Part shown: positions 30,831-40,537 of the stretch, in pieces
Layout of the letters: each line of letters begins with the position of its first letter
How positions within the stretch are numbered: position 1 is the first letter of the stretch
NCBI GenBank assembly: GCA_963675835.2
Contig: CAXXIU010000005.1
Span: 481,402 to 545,401 of the forward strand
DNA: 64,000 nt
Source of the DNA: Desulfomonilaceae bacterium
Lineage (GTDB): Bacteria; Desulfobacterota; Desulfomonilia; Desulfomonilales; Desulfomonilaceae
Direction: 5' to 3'
Position numbers and translations under genes: made by a program
The notes under the pieces: model-generated
What the model saw: the letters and a program-made list of their open reading frames with translations, nothing else
The model's database searches: none
Told to the model about the DNA's origin: nothing

Positions 30831-32363
30831 ATGGCAAGTGAGATCCTGATGAACAGCACCGAACGAGAGACACGCTTGGCACTCGTCGAAGATAGTCAAG
30901 TTGTCGAGCTGCATATCGAGCGGAAAGGTGAGCGCGGAATCGTAGGCAATATCTACAAAGGCCGCGTGATCAAGGTCCTTCCGGGAATGCAGGCGGCCTT
31001 CGTTGACATAGGCCTTTCGAGAGCTGCTTTTCTCTACGTAGGCGACATACACCACCACGTCCATGACCTACAACTTATGGTCAACGACGAGGACGACGAT
31101 GAGCAGGAGGAAGAGGACGACGAAATCAGGGACCAATTCCACCATCCCATACCTCCATACTCACCCATTGAGGACCTCATACAGGAAGGAGAGGACGTTC
31201 TCGTCCAGATTTCCAAAGAACCTCTCGGAAGCAAGGGAGCGAGAATTACCTCACACATATCCATACCCGGCAGACATCTCGTCTTCATGCCCACGGTCGA
31301 CCACGTGGGAGTCTCCAGGCGCATCGAAAACGAAGCCGAACGACAGCGGCTCAAGGAGATTATTTCCCAGATTAAGCCTCCCTCCTGTGGGATAATAGTC
31401 CGAACCGTCAGCGAACACGAAAATTCCGACAAACTCAAAGCCGATTTGACTTTCCTCCAGGGCACCTGGGAGAGAATTCTACAGAAAGAGAGCCGTGTCC
31501 CGGCCGCTTCTCTCATCTACGAAGATCTGGATCTCTGCCTGAGAGGCGTGCGGGATCTGTTCACGGAGGACGTTACCCGCCTGATTGTAGACACCTCGGA
31601 AAACCATGAACGGATCCTCGATTTCATGGATATGTTCATGCCGTCTTTGAAGCCTTGTGTCGAACTGTATGAGGGAGACGAACCGGTTTTCGACCATTAC
31701 GGCATCGAAATCGAACTGAACAAGGCATTGGGCAGAAAAGTTTGGCTCAAATCAGGCGGTTACATCAACATAGACTTCACGGAAGCCTTGGTTGCCATTG
31801 ACGTAAACACCGGCAGGTACGTGGGCAAACGCAATCTTCAGGAGACCATCCTCAAGACTAATCTGGAGGCGGCCAAGGAGATTGCGTACCAACTCAGACT
31901 TCGCAACATCGGTGGGATCATTATCGTCGACTTCATCGACATGGATCGCCCGGCGGACAGAGAGAAGGTCAGCAATGCTCTTCAGGATGCCCTGAAAAGG
32001 GACAAGCAGAAGACAAACATCCTCAAGATCTCCGAATTGGGGCTCGTTCAGATGACCAGAAAACGGACGCGGGAGAGCCTGACCCGTACCCTGTGCGAGC
32101 AGTGCCCGTACTGCGAAGGGAAAGGTTTCATTAAGTCCGAGACCACCATGTGCTACGAAATCCTGCGCGCTATCTCAAGGCACATCTCCGACGATGGTTC
32201 CCCCTGCATCAAAGTGACCGCTCACCCCGAAGTGGTAAAGCTCTTATTCGAGGAGGAGAGCGAACAGATCGACGACATCCAGCGGAGGCATAACATCAAG
32301 ATACAGCTCAGTGCCGACCCCAACCTTTACCAGGAACAATACGAAATCGTAAGCGGCGGATGA
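30831..32363 (+). CDS. rng: ribonuclease E/G family protein (RNase G-like)
   Basis: S1 domain GNIYKGRVIKVLPGMQAAFVDIGL, catalytic core IDVNTGRYVG..., C-terminal CPYCEGKG. It carries an acidic insert, NDEDDDEQEEEDDE. Confidence 0.9.
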   Translation: MASEILMNSTERETRLALVEDSQVVELHIERKGERGIVGNIYKGRVIKVLPGMQAAFVDIGLSRAAFLYVGDIHHHVHDLQLMVNDEDDDEQEEEDDEIRDQFHHPIPPYSPIEDLIQEGEDVLVQISKEPLGSKGARITSHISIPGRHLVFMPTVDHVGVSRRIENEAERQRLKEIISQIKPPSCGIIVRTVSEHENSDKLKADLTFLQGTWERILQKESRVPAASLIYEDLDLCLRGVRDLFTEDVTRLIVDTSENHERILDFMDMFMPSLKPCVELYEGDEPVFDHYGIEIELNKALGRKVWLKSGGYINIDFTEALVAIDVNTGRYVGKRNLQETILKTNLEAAKEIAYQLRLRNIGGIIIVDFIDMDRPADREKVSNALQDALKRDKQKTNILKISELGLVQMTRKRTRESLTRTLCEQCPYCEGKGFIKSETTMCYEILRAISRHISDDGSPCIKVTAHPEVVKLLFEEESEQIDDIQRRHNIKIQLSADPNLYQEQYEIVSGG

Positions 32364-32435
32364 TTATTCACCTAAATTTAGACTTCGTAGAAATATCCGC
32401 CTGATATCATACCATAAAATCATCATGCTTTCTTG

Positions 32436-32464
32436 TTGACTTCTACCCGACCTTCCACTATGGT
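32436..32464 (+). promoter_or_regulatory. candidate sigma70 promoter
   Basis: TTGACT (32436-32441), a 17-nt spacer, then TATGGT (32459-32464), about 45 nt upstream of ATG 32511. Confidence 0.35.
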
Positions 32465-32510
32465 TCTCGGGCCCATGAGAAGTTCACGACCCTTCCGGCT
32501 GGGAACCATA

Positions 32511-32966
32511 ATGGATCATCCAGACCAAGAGATTACTACTCAGATTCTCATCCAAATACGAGACGAGATGCGATCCATGGGGTCGCGCTTCCAAGGGGGG
32601 CTTGACAGGCTGGAGGTGCACCTTGAGGACTTCAAGAAGCGCTTTGACTCTCTTGAAGCCCGTATGGACTCCCTCGAAGGTCGGTTGGATTCCCTCGAAG
32701 CCCGCATGGACTCCTTGGAAGATCGTATGGACTCTCTGGAATCGCGCATGATCTCGCTTAAGGTAGCGCTGGTCGCAATTGAGTCTAAGCACGAGGCCCA
32801 TCACCACCAATTTCTCAGACGGCTCGACCAGATTGACGGGGACTTGAAGAGATTTGTCGGTCTTGTAAATGATACGATCCTCCATTATGCTGATGAGATG
32901 GATTCCGTCAGGCAGCGTCTCGACATTCTCGAAAAGAGGGTCGGCATCCTCCCTGCCTCCGAATAA
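32511..32966 (+). CDS. coiled-coil protein with DSLExRM heptad repeats
   Basis: RFDSLEARMDSLEGRLDSLEARMDSLEDRMDSLESRMISL, with no other recognisable domain. Start placed downstream of the candidate promoter. Confidence 0.6.
   Translation: MDHPDQEITTQILIQIRDEMRSMGSRFQGGLDRLEVHLEDFKKRFDSLEARMDSLEGRLDSLEARMDSLEDRMDSLESRMISLKVALVAIESKHEAHHHQFLRRLDQIDGDLKRFVGLVNDTILHYADEMDSVRQRLDILEKRVGILPASE
32646..32750 (+). repeat. 5 x 21-bp in-frame tandem repeat (coding)
   Basis: GAC TCN CTN GAA NNN CGN ATG units start at 32646, 32667, 32688, 32709 and 32730. The units differ mainly at synonymous positions. Confidence 0.8.
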
Positions 32967-32996
32967 TTACCGTTCGCGTCAATTGGGAAAGCGCTT

Positions 32997-33662
32997 ATGA
33001 ATCTGGCCGATCACCTCCGGCGGTACATGGAACTCACAGCCCAAGCCGACGATCTGTTCCGAACCGTGGAAAGAGTGCACGGGGAACTGATGCCGTGTAA
33101 GCCCGGATGTAACGACTGCTGCTCGGTCTACTTTGAACTGAGTCTCATTGAAGCATTCACCTTGAGTTCAATATTTCGCCAAAACCTGTCACCGGAAACT
33201 CAATCCCGCGTGCTCTCCAGGGCGCAGATGGTTGAACCCCTGTTTGTCGATGCCAAGACGATGCTTCAATCCATTGGCACCGGCGACTCCACCGATGGAG
33301 GAGATCGCATTGATGCGGCGTCGAGGCTGAAGATTCCATGCCCGCTCAATGAGGATGGAGCTTGTGTCCTGTACGAGCATCGCCCCATCACGTGCAGGCT
33401 CTATGGAACCCCTCAGAACATAGGCGACCGCGTTGTATCGTGTCCCAAGACCGGCTTCAAGCAGGGGCTCAAGTACCATACGGTGAATGTTCACGAGATC
33501 CAGAGCAAGCTCCTCACGTTTTCCGGTGAGTTTCTCTCCGATCTGCTCGGCTTAACCGCGCCTGTTCCGCACGGCCCGTTGTTTCTTGTCCCGGTTGCTT
33601 TGCGCACCCACTTCGGCAAGGAGTTCTTTCTCACCCTTGGACAAACGCTTGAAAAATCGTAA
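32997..33662 (+). CDS. YkgJ-family (UPF0153) CxxCxxCC zinc/iron-chelating domain protein
   Basis: CKPGCNDCCSVYF and a later CPLNEDGACVLYEHRPITCRLYG are the family hallmark. Confidence 0.75.
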   Translation: MNLADHLRRYMELTAQADDLFRTVERVHGELMPCKPGCNDCCSVYFELSLIEAFTLSSIFRQNLSPETQSRVLSRAQMVEPLFVDAKTMLQSIGTGDSTDGGDRIDAASRLKIPCPLNEDGACVLYEHRPITCRLYGTPQNIGDRVVSCPKTGFKQGLKYHTVNVHEIQSKLLTFSGEFLSDLLGLTAPVPHGPLFLVPVALRTHFGKEFFLTLGQTLEKS

Positions 33663-33684
33663 GCGCGATATCGACCGATGGTGG

Positions 33685-34314
33685 ATGGGTAAGGTTCGGT
33701 CCCTTGACATCGGTGAGCGGCTCAGGCTCGTTCCCTTCTGGGAGAGAGGCATTGACATATCGGATCGCACGCGCGTGATCATCGATCCCGGACCCTCTTT
33801 CGGGGCGGGCGATCATCCCACCACGATCATGGCCCTGGAACTGATGGAAGAGACTTTGAAGCATCGGTCTCAGGGCAATTGCGCCCCGACGTTGCTCGAT
33901 GTGGGCACCGGCACGGGCGTGTTGGCAATCGCCGGCAAGACCCTGGGAACGGGATTCACTGTGGGGCTGGACATAGACTCGGCTTCGGTTTTCACTGCGC
34001 GACGCAACGTGGAACTCAACGGCTTGGATCTCCCGGACGCAGACCTCGACAGCGGAGTACAGCTGGTCGTCGGCGACGCGGGATGCATGAAGAGCTCATT
34101 TCACATTGTAACCGTGAATCTCGTCGCGCCCGTGCTGTTGAGACTCAAGGAAGATCTGATCGACAAGATCGGAAAAACCCTCATTCTCTCGGGAATGGCG
34201 GACGTAATGGTGGATGAGGTGCTGACGGCGTTCAGTTCAGGCGACCTGCGCATTACGAAGATCAAGAGCAGGGAGGGCTGGAACGCTGCTCTCTTGCGAA
34301 AAAGCTCCGCTTAA
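33685..34314 (+). CDS. PrmA-like (ribosomal protein L11 methyltransferase family) SAM methyltransferase, short form
   Basis: IDPGPSFGAGDHPTTIMALELME, LLDVGTGTGVLAIAG and GLDID..SV..ARRNVELNGL. ATG 33685 follows the previous stop. Confidence 0.75.
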   Translation: MGKVRSLDIGERLRLVPFWERGIDISDRTRVIIDPGPSFGAGDHPTTIMALELMEETLKHRSQGNCAPTLLDVGTGTGVLAIAGKTLGTGFTVGLDIDSASVFTARRNVELNGLDLPDADLDSGVQLVVGDAGCMKSSFHIVTVNLVAPVLLRLKEDLIDKIGKTLILSGMADVMVDEVLTAFSSGDLRITKIKSREGWNAALLRKSSA

Positions 34315-34373
34315 GCCGTCATTTCGGATACACCGTTCCACGGAGCTTCCGGCTTGTCGGTCATACGTCCATA

Positions 34374-34409
34374 CGAAAAGGAGGGAGGCTCCATATGGGC
34401 CTCCCTCCT
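34374..34409 (-). terminator. hairpin terminator candidate downstream of dsrD
   Basis: An 11-bp stem, AGGAGGGAGGC/GCCTCCCTCCT (34379-34389 and 34399-34409), with a 9-nt loop. On the minus strand it is followed by a short TTT run. It sits between convergent genes. Confidence 0.5.
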
Positions 34410-34460
34410 CACTGATGGGACAAAGGGTCCGGCTATTTAATTCCTTCCGGAATGAGCACG

Positions 34461-34697
34461 CTAATCGTCTTCCTGATGCTGCTTACCCATACCCTTCAGG
34501 CCTATGAGAGTCGTGCTTCCACTTGACCAATACTCAAGCTTGCCCTCCATGACCATCTTGTTGACCAAGTTCTTCACCTGCCGGCTCTTCATGTCCGGTA
34601 TCATGGCGTAGAAGTCTTTGAGGTAAAACTTTGACTTGGACTTGGACTTCTTTTCAAGTGTGTCGAGTATGACCTGTTTTGCTTCCTCGTCGGTCAT
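34461..34697 (-). CDS. dsrD: dissimilatory sulfite reductase protein DsrD
   Basis: 78 aa, located directly after dsrB. KFYLKDFYAMIPDMKSRQVKNLVNKMVMEGKLEYWSSGSTT is the DsrD winged-helix pattern. Confidence 0.9.
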   Translation of the reverse strand: MTDEEAKQVILDTLEKKSKSKSKFYLKDFYAMIPDMKSRQVKNLVNKMVMEGKLEYWSSGSTTLIGLKGMGKQHQEDD

Positions 34698-34718
34698 GAT
34701 AACTCCTTATTCGACCAC

Positions 34719-35837
34719 CTAGAACTTGAACTGAGTTGACTGCCGCCAAGTAGTATAAGCGAAACGATAGTCGTCGATCAAGTGGTGGGTAAACGGAAGG
34801 TTGGTTTTTTCAAAGAATCTCTCCCAACCGATTCTCGCGGCCCAGTCGCCCAGACGTTCGTACTTCCGGGCATCCTTGGCATAGACTTCCACGATGTTCT
34901 TGATGCACGCGACCGTGTCATCCCATCGCGGGGGCTGGTTGGGAATGAAAGGAACAACAACCTTGGAGAATTTCGGCTTGCTAATCCTGTTGGAGAGCTT
35001 GCCTCCCACGAGAATCGCGACTCCGCTGCCATCCTCGTCTGCCAGAGGCATGGCGGCGCACATGGTGTAGCAGTTTCCACAGAACATGCAACGTTCCGCC
35101 TTGACTTCCAGGGACTTGAGACCACTTTCGGTCTTTGCGGGCTTAATCGCCGCAGTGGGGCAGGCTGCGATGGCGAGAGGCAACTCGCACAATTTGTCTA
35201 TCCACTCATGGTCGATCATGGGCGGTTTGCGGTGGATTCCGAGAATGGCGATGTCGGAACAGTGAACCGCACCACACATATTCAGGCAGCAGGCCAGGGA
35301 AACTCTCACCGGCGCGGGCATGCGCATGCTGCCGAACTCGTCGTAAATGCCGTCCATAACCGCCTTGACTACACCGGAAGCATCGATGGCCGGCGTATGG
35401 CAATGGGCCCAACCCTGCGTATGGACGATATTGGTGATGCCTGCTCCCGTCCCGCCGATGGGGAACTTGTTGGAGCCTTTGTCGAACTTTCTGCTCTTCA
35501 GGTCATCCATCAAAGGCTTGACCTTGTCCTTGCCGTCCACCATGAACTCGACGTTGTTCCTGGTGGTGAACCGCAAGTACCCGTCACAGTGTTTGTCGGC
35601 GATTTCACAGATTTCCCGGATATGCTCGATGCTCATAAGTCTGCAGCCGCCAACCCGCACGGTGTAAACCTCGTCTCCGGACTCGGCAACATGAACGAGA
35701 ACGCCGGGCTCGAGGATCTCGTGATAGAGCCACTTACCCTTATTGTTCTTGATGACTGGGGGCAGAAACTCTTCATAATATCTCGGACCAATATCGGTAA
35801 TTCTATCTTTCAACGGCTCGCTGGGATCGTATGGCAT
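34719..35837 (-). CDS. dsrB: dissimilatory sulfite reductase beta subunit
   Basis: 372 aa. [51 protein letters not shown], plus ferredoxin-like Cys clusters ([11 protein letters not shown]). Confidence 0.95.
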   Translation of the reverse strand: MPYDPSEPLKDRITDIGPRYYEEFLPPVIKNNKGKWLYHEILEPGVLVHVAESGDEVYTVRVGGCRLMSIEHIREICEIADKHCDGYLRFTTRNNVEFMVDGKDKVKPLMDDLKSRKFDKGSNKFPIGGTGAGITNIVHTQGWAHCHTPAIDASGVVKAVMDGIYDEFGSMRMPAPVRVSLACCLNMCGAVHCSDIAILGIHRKPPMIDHEWIDKLCELPLAIAACPTAAIKPAKTESGLKSLEVKAERCMFCGNCYTMCAAMPLADEDGSGVAILVGGKLSNRISKPKFSKVVVPFIPNQPPRWDDTVACIKNIVEVYAKDARKYERLGDWAARIGWERFFEKTNLPFTHHLIDDYRFAYTTWRQSTQFKF

Positions 35838-35852
35838 GTTTCTAACCTCCTA

Positions 35853-37142
35853 CTACCTCTGGTGTTTCTCGCGGAAAGCATTGATGTCACGTGTCCAGCC
35901 GCCCTCAACTTCGTCTTCTCTCCAGAAGATGTACGGGTTTGATCTGGGCTCGTCTACCATCCTGGGATCCGCCTCGAGCTCGGTAACCTCGAGGAACTTC
36001 TGCCAGCTCGCCCGCTGGATCAGTTCACCGAGCCGTTCGCGGTTCTTACCCTCTTCCGACCACCAATCCCAGACTTTCTCCACCAGTTCTTTCATTTCGT
36101 CGAACGGCGCTTCCACCTTCATGAAAGGAACCGTCAGCGTCGACATCTGGGCACCTTCAAGAATCGGAGCCTTCGCACCGAACAGTATGGCAGCGCCTCT
36201 GTCCTCACCAATCCTCAGGGCTCTGGGCATGGTGTTCAGGCAGTGCATGCACTTGGTGCATTCTTTGTCATTGATCTCCAGTTTGCTTCCATCCCAGCTC
36301 ATGCACTCCGTCGGGCACAGATTGATGACCTCTTTCTGGATATCGAAAGCGCCCCAGTCTCTGCTCCCGTGTGCACCTGCATTCGGAATGAGTTCTCCGC
36401 CCACATAGGCCTTGACCGCTGCCTGGTCGATGCGGATCTCATCCCGCCATATTCCGATAATCGACATGTCCGATCTGGCGATGGAGGCTACGCATCCGTT
36501 CGGGCATCCATCGAACTTAAACTTGAACTTGTAAGGAAAAGCCGGCCGGTGAAGTTCGTCCTGATATTCGTTCGTGAACTGATGACAAATCTCCTGAGTG
36601 TCATAACATGCAAACTCGCAACGGGACATGCCGAGGCAGCATGCGGGAGTCCTCAGGTTGGAGCCGGACCCGCCGAGATCCTGGTTCAGTTCGTGAGTCA
36701 AGTCGTAGAAGAGTGGTTCCAGGTGATCCGTCGTTGTGCCGAGAAAGATGATGTCTCCCGTAGAGCCGTGCATATTGGTAAGACCGCTTCCGTGTCGTTC
36801 CCACATGTCGCAGAGCTCGCCCAGGAATTTGGTCGTATAATATTTGCTGGAAGGTTGATTTACGCGGATAGTGTGGAAATGTGCAACACCAGGAAACTGC
36901 TGCGGCTGGTCACAGTATCTTCCAATAATGCCGCCACCGTATCCGAACACCCCGACGATTCCGCCGTGTTTCCAATGGGTAACTTTGTCCTCGTAGGACA
37001 GTTCGAGAACTCCGAGCAGATCCCCGGGGGCATCTTTCAAGATTTGTTTGCCCTTTTCCGCCTGCTGCTTGATATCAGAAACGAAACTGGGCCAAGGACC
37101 GCTTTCCAGTTCATCAAGCATAGGGGTGTCGTGCTTTGCCAT
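35853..37142 (-). CDS. dsrA: dissimilatory sulfite reductase alpha subunit
   Basis: 429 aa. The N-terminus [26 protein letters not shown] is characteristic. Siroheme/FeS Cys motifs ([27 protein letters not shown]). AGGAGGA SD. Confidence 0.95.
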   Translation of the reverse strand: MAKHDTPMLDELESGPWPSFVSDIKQQAEKGKQILKDAPGDLLGVLELSYEDKVTHWKHGGIVGVFGYGGGIIGRYCDQPQQFPGVAHFHTIRVNQPSSKYYTTKFLGELCDMWERHGSGLTNMHGSTGDIIFLGTTTDHLEPLFYDLTHELNQDLGGSGSNLRTPACCLGMSRCEFACYDTQEICHQFTNEYQDELHRPAFPYKFKFKFDGCPNGCVASIARSDMSIIGIWRDEIRIDQAAVKAYVGGELIPNAGAHGSRDWGAFDIQKEVINLCPTECMSWDGSKLEINDKECTKCMHCLNTMPRALRIGEDRGAAILFGAKAPILEGAQMSTLTVPFMKVEAPFDEMKELVEKVWDWWSEEGKNRERLGELIQRASWQKFLEVTELEADPRMVDEPRSNPYIFWREDEVEGGWTRDINAFREKHQR

Positions 37143-37360
37143 TAAGACTTCCTCCTCTCTCTACTTAAGGGTTCCTCATTCCGAATGTGCTCTTCATCGA
37201 GAAATTGTTAAGCTTTCTACTTCGCGCTCGGCCCGTAGAAATGCAATGATACCTTGGGGAAGCCCCTCCTAGGCTGCTTTCCCTGGCGGCCAAGGCTAAG
37301 ATTTCGTGGCGGGTTCTGTGAACGTGACAGGTTCAAGCCACCCAAAATAAGATTCAAAAG

Positions 37361-37390
37361 ACTTTAATTCAAGTCGCCGGAGCAAGTCAA
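37361..37390 (-). promoter_or_regulatory. weak candidate promoter for dsrABD
   Basis: On the minus strand: TTGACT (37390-37385), an 18-nt spacer, then TAAAGT (37366-37361), preceded by an A/T-rich stretch. This would give a leader of about 210 nt. Pattern match only. Confidence 0.25.
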
Positions 37391-37613
37391 GAAAAAATAT
37401 CCGGAAATCTAAATAAATATCGCCGCTCTGCCCCGAATCATTCCTCCCTTGGACAGCGCTCGCAGCAACCGTCGCACCGGAGATCACGCGGGGTCGGGAG
37501 AGGTGTGTCGAACTCCCTTGAGATGACGCTTGACAAGACATTCAAGGGCAGTTACCTTGTCCTTGACGTAAACGTTAGCTTGAGTACCCTCTCACGTAGG
37601 TCGGTTTCCTCAA

Positions 37614-38048
37614 ATGCCGCACGAAAAAAATTATTCCATATCTGAGTTGGCCAACGAATTCGACATCAGTCCACGTACCATTAGATTCTATGAAGAGAAG
37701 CGACTGATTTCCCCCAAACGCAGCAAAGGAAACTACCGAATCTACAGCCGTAAGGACCGAACGAGATTGAAACTCATTCTTCGCGGAAAACGCTTCGGGT
37801 ACACGCTTGAGGAAATTGCGGAAATGATCGGAATGACCGATGTGGACATGAGTGAGATCGCTCAAATTGAAAGGAGCCTTGCCTATGGGGAGAAGAAACT
37901 GAAGGAAATTCGCGGGCGGATCGAAGAACTCAGACTATTGGAGCAGGACTTACTCAACGTAGGGGAGAAACTGGCCGGCCGGTTGAAGGACCTCAGAAGG
38001 CGGGAATCGACTTCACCCGATCCGGATCCGGATGATGCGACCGAGTAA
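37614..38048 (+). CDS. MerR family transcriptional regulator (LiuR-like context)
   Basis: YSISELANEFDISPRTIRFYEEKRLISP.RS.GNYRIYS..D...L..IL is the MerR HTH, followed by a coiled-coil dimerisation helix. An acyl-CoA dehydrogenase lies downstream. Confidence 0.85.
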   Translation: MPHEKNYSISELANEFDISPRTIRFYEEKRLISPKRSKGNYRIYSRKDRTRLKLILRGKRFGYTLEEIAEMIGMTDVDMSEIAQIERSLAYGEKKLKEIRGRIEELRLLEQDLLNVGEKLAGRLKDLRRRESTSPDPDPDDATE

Positions 38049-38119
38049 TCCTACGCATTTAATCGAGAATTCTCGACCAGAGTCCGGAAACGCCGGCCGG
38101 AAAGGAGGCAAATACGACC

Positions 38120-38544
38120 ATGAAATCAATGGATACCGGACAGTTGAGCCAGTTGATGAACAAGTGTTGGATGACCTATGACGGCATGTGGTTCTTTCAT
38201 TGTCTTGAAAAATTGGGCATTCAGCAAACCAACAGGCTCAACAAAGCTGCAATTCGATCTTTGGCTCCCATAGAAATGAAGAGACTGCAGAAGGCTTTCG
38301 GCCTGGACCGGATGGACGGATTTGAGCAGATCAAGACCTCATCGATGCTGCGGAGGAGGTCTTCATCCCGGACTCCATGGGCTACGAGACTACATTCCTT
38401 ACCGATGACTACATGCGCATGGACGCGCAGAAGTGTTTCGCGTATGAGGGTATCAGCCTCATTGGTGCAATCGATCGGTATGAATGCGGTATTTTTCACC
38501 GGATTGAAGGCTGGTTTAATGCCTTGGGAATCGCCTATGCGTGA
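38120..38544 (+). pseudogene. small conserved hypothetical protein with one apparent frameshift
   Basis: Frame A reads MKSMDTGQLSQLMNKCWMTYDGMWFFHCLEKLG...FEQIKT. The -1 frame continues sensibly as LIDAAEEVFIPDSMGYETTFLTDDYMRMDAQKCFAYEGISLIGAIDRYECGIFHRIEGWFNALGIAYA and stops at 38542-38544. It may belong to a DUF6125-like family, but I am unsure. Confidence 0.5.
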
Positions 38545-38708
38545 TTCCCAAGGCCGAGAGTTGCATAATGCATTCAGAAGGTAACCGTTGGAGAGAATAC
38601 AGATTTTCATTCAAATGAGTCTCCGTCGTGCAGAACACCTCCGTTGTGCCCCAAGAGACATGAATACCGGTGCAGTCTTACCCCAAACCTAATCAAGGAG
38701 GACAAAAC

Positions 38709-39944
38709 ATGTGGGAAGCATTGCTCACTCCAGCCCAAAGGGACCTCAGAGGCGAGGTCCGTGACTTTGCAAAGAGCGTGCCCAGGCAGTTGCTGCTGGA
38801 CATGGATGCGGATAAGGTCACGTTTCCTCGAGAGTACCTGGTTGAGGCGGGAAGGAGGAATCTTCTGGGGCTCAGATTCTCGACGGAATACGGCGGCAGG
38901 GGCCTGAGGTGGGTCGACGAAATTGTCGCCTTGGAAGAGATCGGAGTTCTGGGAGCTTCACTTGCGTGCCTATACTCCCTTGTAAGTATCGTCGGAGAGG
39001 CGATACACTTCTTTGGAACCGAGGCTCAGAAAAAGAAATACCTCCAACCCATTCTTCGGGGAGAACTCTACTGTGCGGAAGCCTTGACCGAACCCAGGGG
39101 CGGTTCCGATTTCTTCGGCGCAACAGCGACCGCCCGAAAGGAAGGCAACCATTACATCCTCAACGGTCAGAAACGATTCGTGGTAGGAGCCGAAGGTGCC
39201 GACGTTTTTCTCGTTTACGTCAGGACCGGCGACCGAACTGCTCCGGGCAAGTCCATCAGCGCGTTTATCGTGGAACGGGACATGGGCGTAGACGCGAAAT
39301 ACATCTACGGACTTATGGGGACCCGCGGAGGCGGGGCCGGCAGAATCGTGTTCAAGGACACCAAAGTACCGGCCGAGAACCTCATTCTCGGCGAGAACAG
39401 GGGAGCCGACGTCTTCAATCAGATGATGATTCCCGAACGAATGACCTCCGCCGCAGGCGCGTTGGGAGGCGCTCGAAACGCACTGGAAATCGCTTGTCGT
39501 TACAGCGACAGGAGAAAGGCTTTCGGTGCCAAGATTCGAGACTTCCAGGGCGTGAGCTTCAAGGTTGCGGATTCCGTCACTGCCCTGGATGCTTCGAGGG
39601 CCCTTTGTCACGCGACAGCGGTGACCGTAGACGCCCAGGGGAGCACGAACCATTCCCGGAGACTCGTTTCTCAGTCCAAGAAGTTCTGCACCGATTCTTC
39701 CTGGAATATCATTAACAACGCAATGCAGATCATGGGCGGAATCGGATACACCAACGTCTATCCGATTGAGAGACACCTCAGAGATGCCCGATTGATGCAG
39801 ATATGGACGGGGACCAACGAAATCATGAATCTTATCATTCAGCACGAGTACTACCGTGAAGTCCTCAAAGGCTCACCGGAGGTTCGGGACACGGAAAGCG
39901 ACGCGGCCGAGGCGTTTGCGGAAGATGAGAAAATTTTCGAATGA
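38709..39944 (+). CDS. acyl-CoA dehydrogenase
   Basis: [41 protein letters not shown] and [32 protein letters not shown] are ACAD family motifs. AAGGAGG SD. Confidence 0.9.
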   Translation: MWEALLTPAQRDLRGEVRDFAKSVPRQLLLDMDADKVTFPREYLVEAGRRNLLGLRFSTEYGGRGLRWVDEIVALEEIGVLGASLACLYSLVSIVGEAIHFFGTEAQKKKYLQPILRGELYCAEALTEPRGGSDFFGATATARKEGNHYILNGQKRFVVGAEGADVFLVYVRTGDRTAPGKSISAFIVERDMGVDAKYIYGLMGTRGGGAGRIVFKDTKVPAENLILGENRGADVFNQMMIPERMTSAAGALGGARNALEIACRYSDRRKAFGAKIRDFQGVSFKVADSVTALDASRALCHATAVTVDAQGSTNHSRRLVSQSKKFCTDSSWNIINNAMQIMGGIGYTNVYPIERHLRDARLMQIWTGTNEIMNLIIQHEYYREVLKGSPEVRDTESDAAEAFAEDEKIFE

Positions 39945-40537
39945 TCCTCTTGGGGAGGAGGATCCCACAGCCGGATGTTTTCTGAATGCTGCCATGCACA
40001 AGTTTGGTTACGTATTGGGTTCCGTCTTCCCGCCGGAGGCCGGGATCCAGTCTTCTTCCCCCAGACGCCGGCATTTACCTGAAAATTCCCCCTGGCCCCC
40101 ATCGGCGCTAAATTAGGGCAAGAATGCCTCCAACCCGGCCTTGAAAGACCGGTCTACTGTCATACTGTCCCTCCGGGACGTCAAGGCTTTCCAGCCCCGA
40201 CGCGGGTGGCCGAAAGTAGCCCGGTGCTTCAGTCTGTCGAGATTACCGCGGGCTACCGTCCTCGCAAGACATTTCCGAAAGAAGACGCCCTACGCATTTA
40301 ACAGGCCGCCCACTGATTCCAGACTCCGCGGGACGGATCGGTTAACGTATGCTATATTCTCACCCGTACGGTAATTTGGCCCCTTGAAAGGTTTTCGATT
40401 TGATGAAGCTGCCCACGGTACCGCGTTTCCGATTTCTGCATTCGTCTTTAAAAGGTCGCATCCCATTCGGGGAGAGCGAACTCCTAAGTCCCATTCCACA
40501 GTCCCGCCCCATCGAAGGCGAACGGACTTCATCCCCG

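Noticed and set aside
32646-32750. Possible CRISPR-like or VNTR array, because of its regular 21-bp periodicity
   Set aside because: The units are contiguous with no spacers, in frame and inside an ORF. They encode a heptad coiled coil, so this is not a CRISPR array. No CRISPR-like repeat-spacer pattern was seen anywhere in the window.
34782-37145. Long plus-strand ORFs (386 aa and 300 aa) across the dsr locus
   Set aside because: They are antisense to dsrB and dsrA, whose identity is unambiguous. Their composition is Arg/Gly/Val-rich shadow sequence.
37520-37575. Possible MerR/LiuR operator (CTTGACGTAAACGTTAGC, plus a GACAAG...CTTGTC inverted repeat) upstream of the MerR gene
   Set aside because: The palindrome is poor beyond the self-complementary ACGT cores. 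I could not place it between convincing -35 and -10 elements with the 19-20-bp spacing typical of MerR promoters. I am not certain of the LiuR consensus.
38909-39845. 268-aa plus-strand and 291-aa minus-strand ORFs overlapping the acyl-CoA dehydrogenase gene
   Set aside because: They are out-of-frame and antisense readings of a gene with clear ACAD motifs. Both are extremely Arg/Gly-rich.
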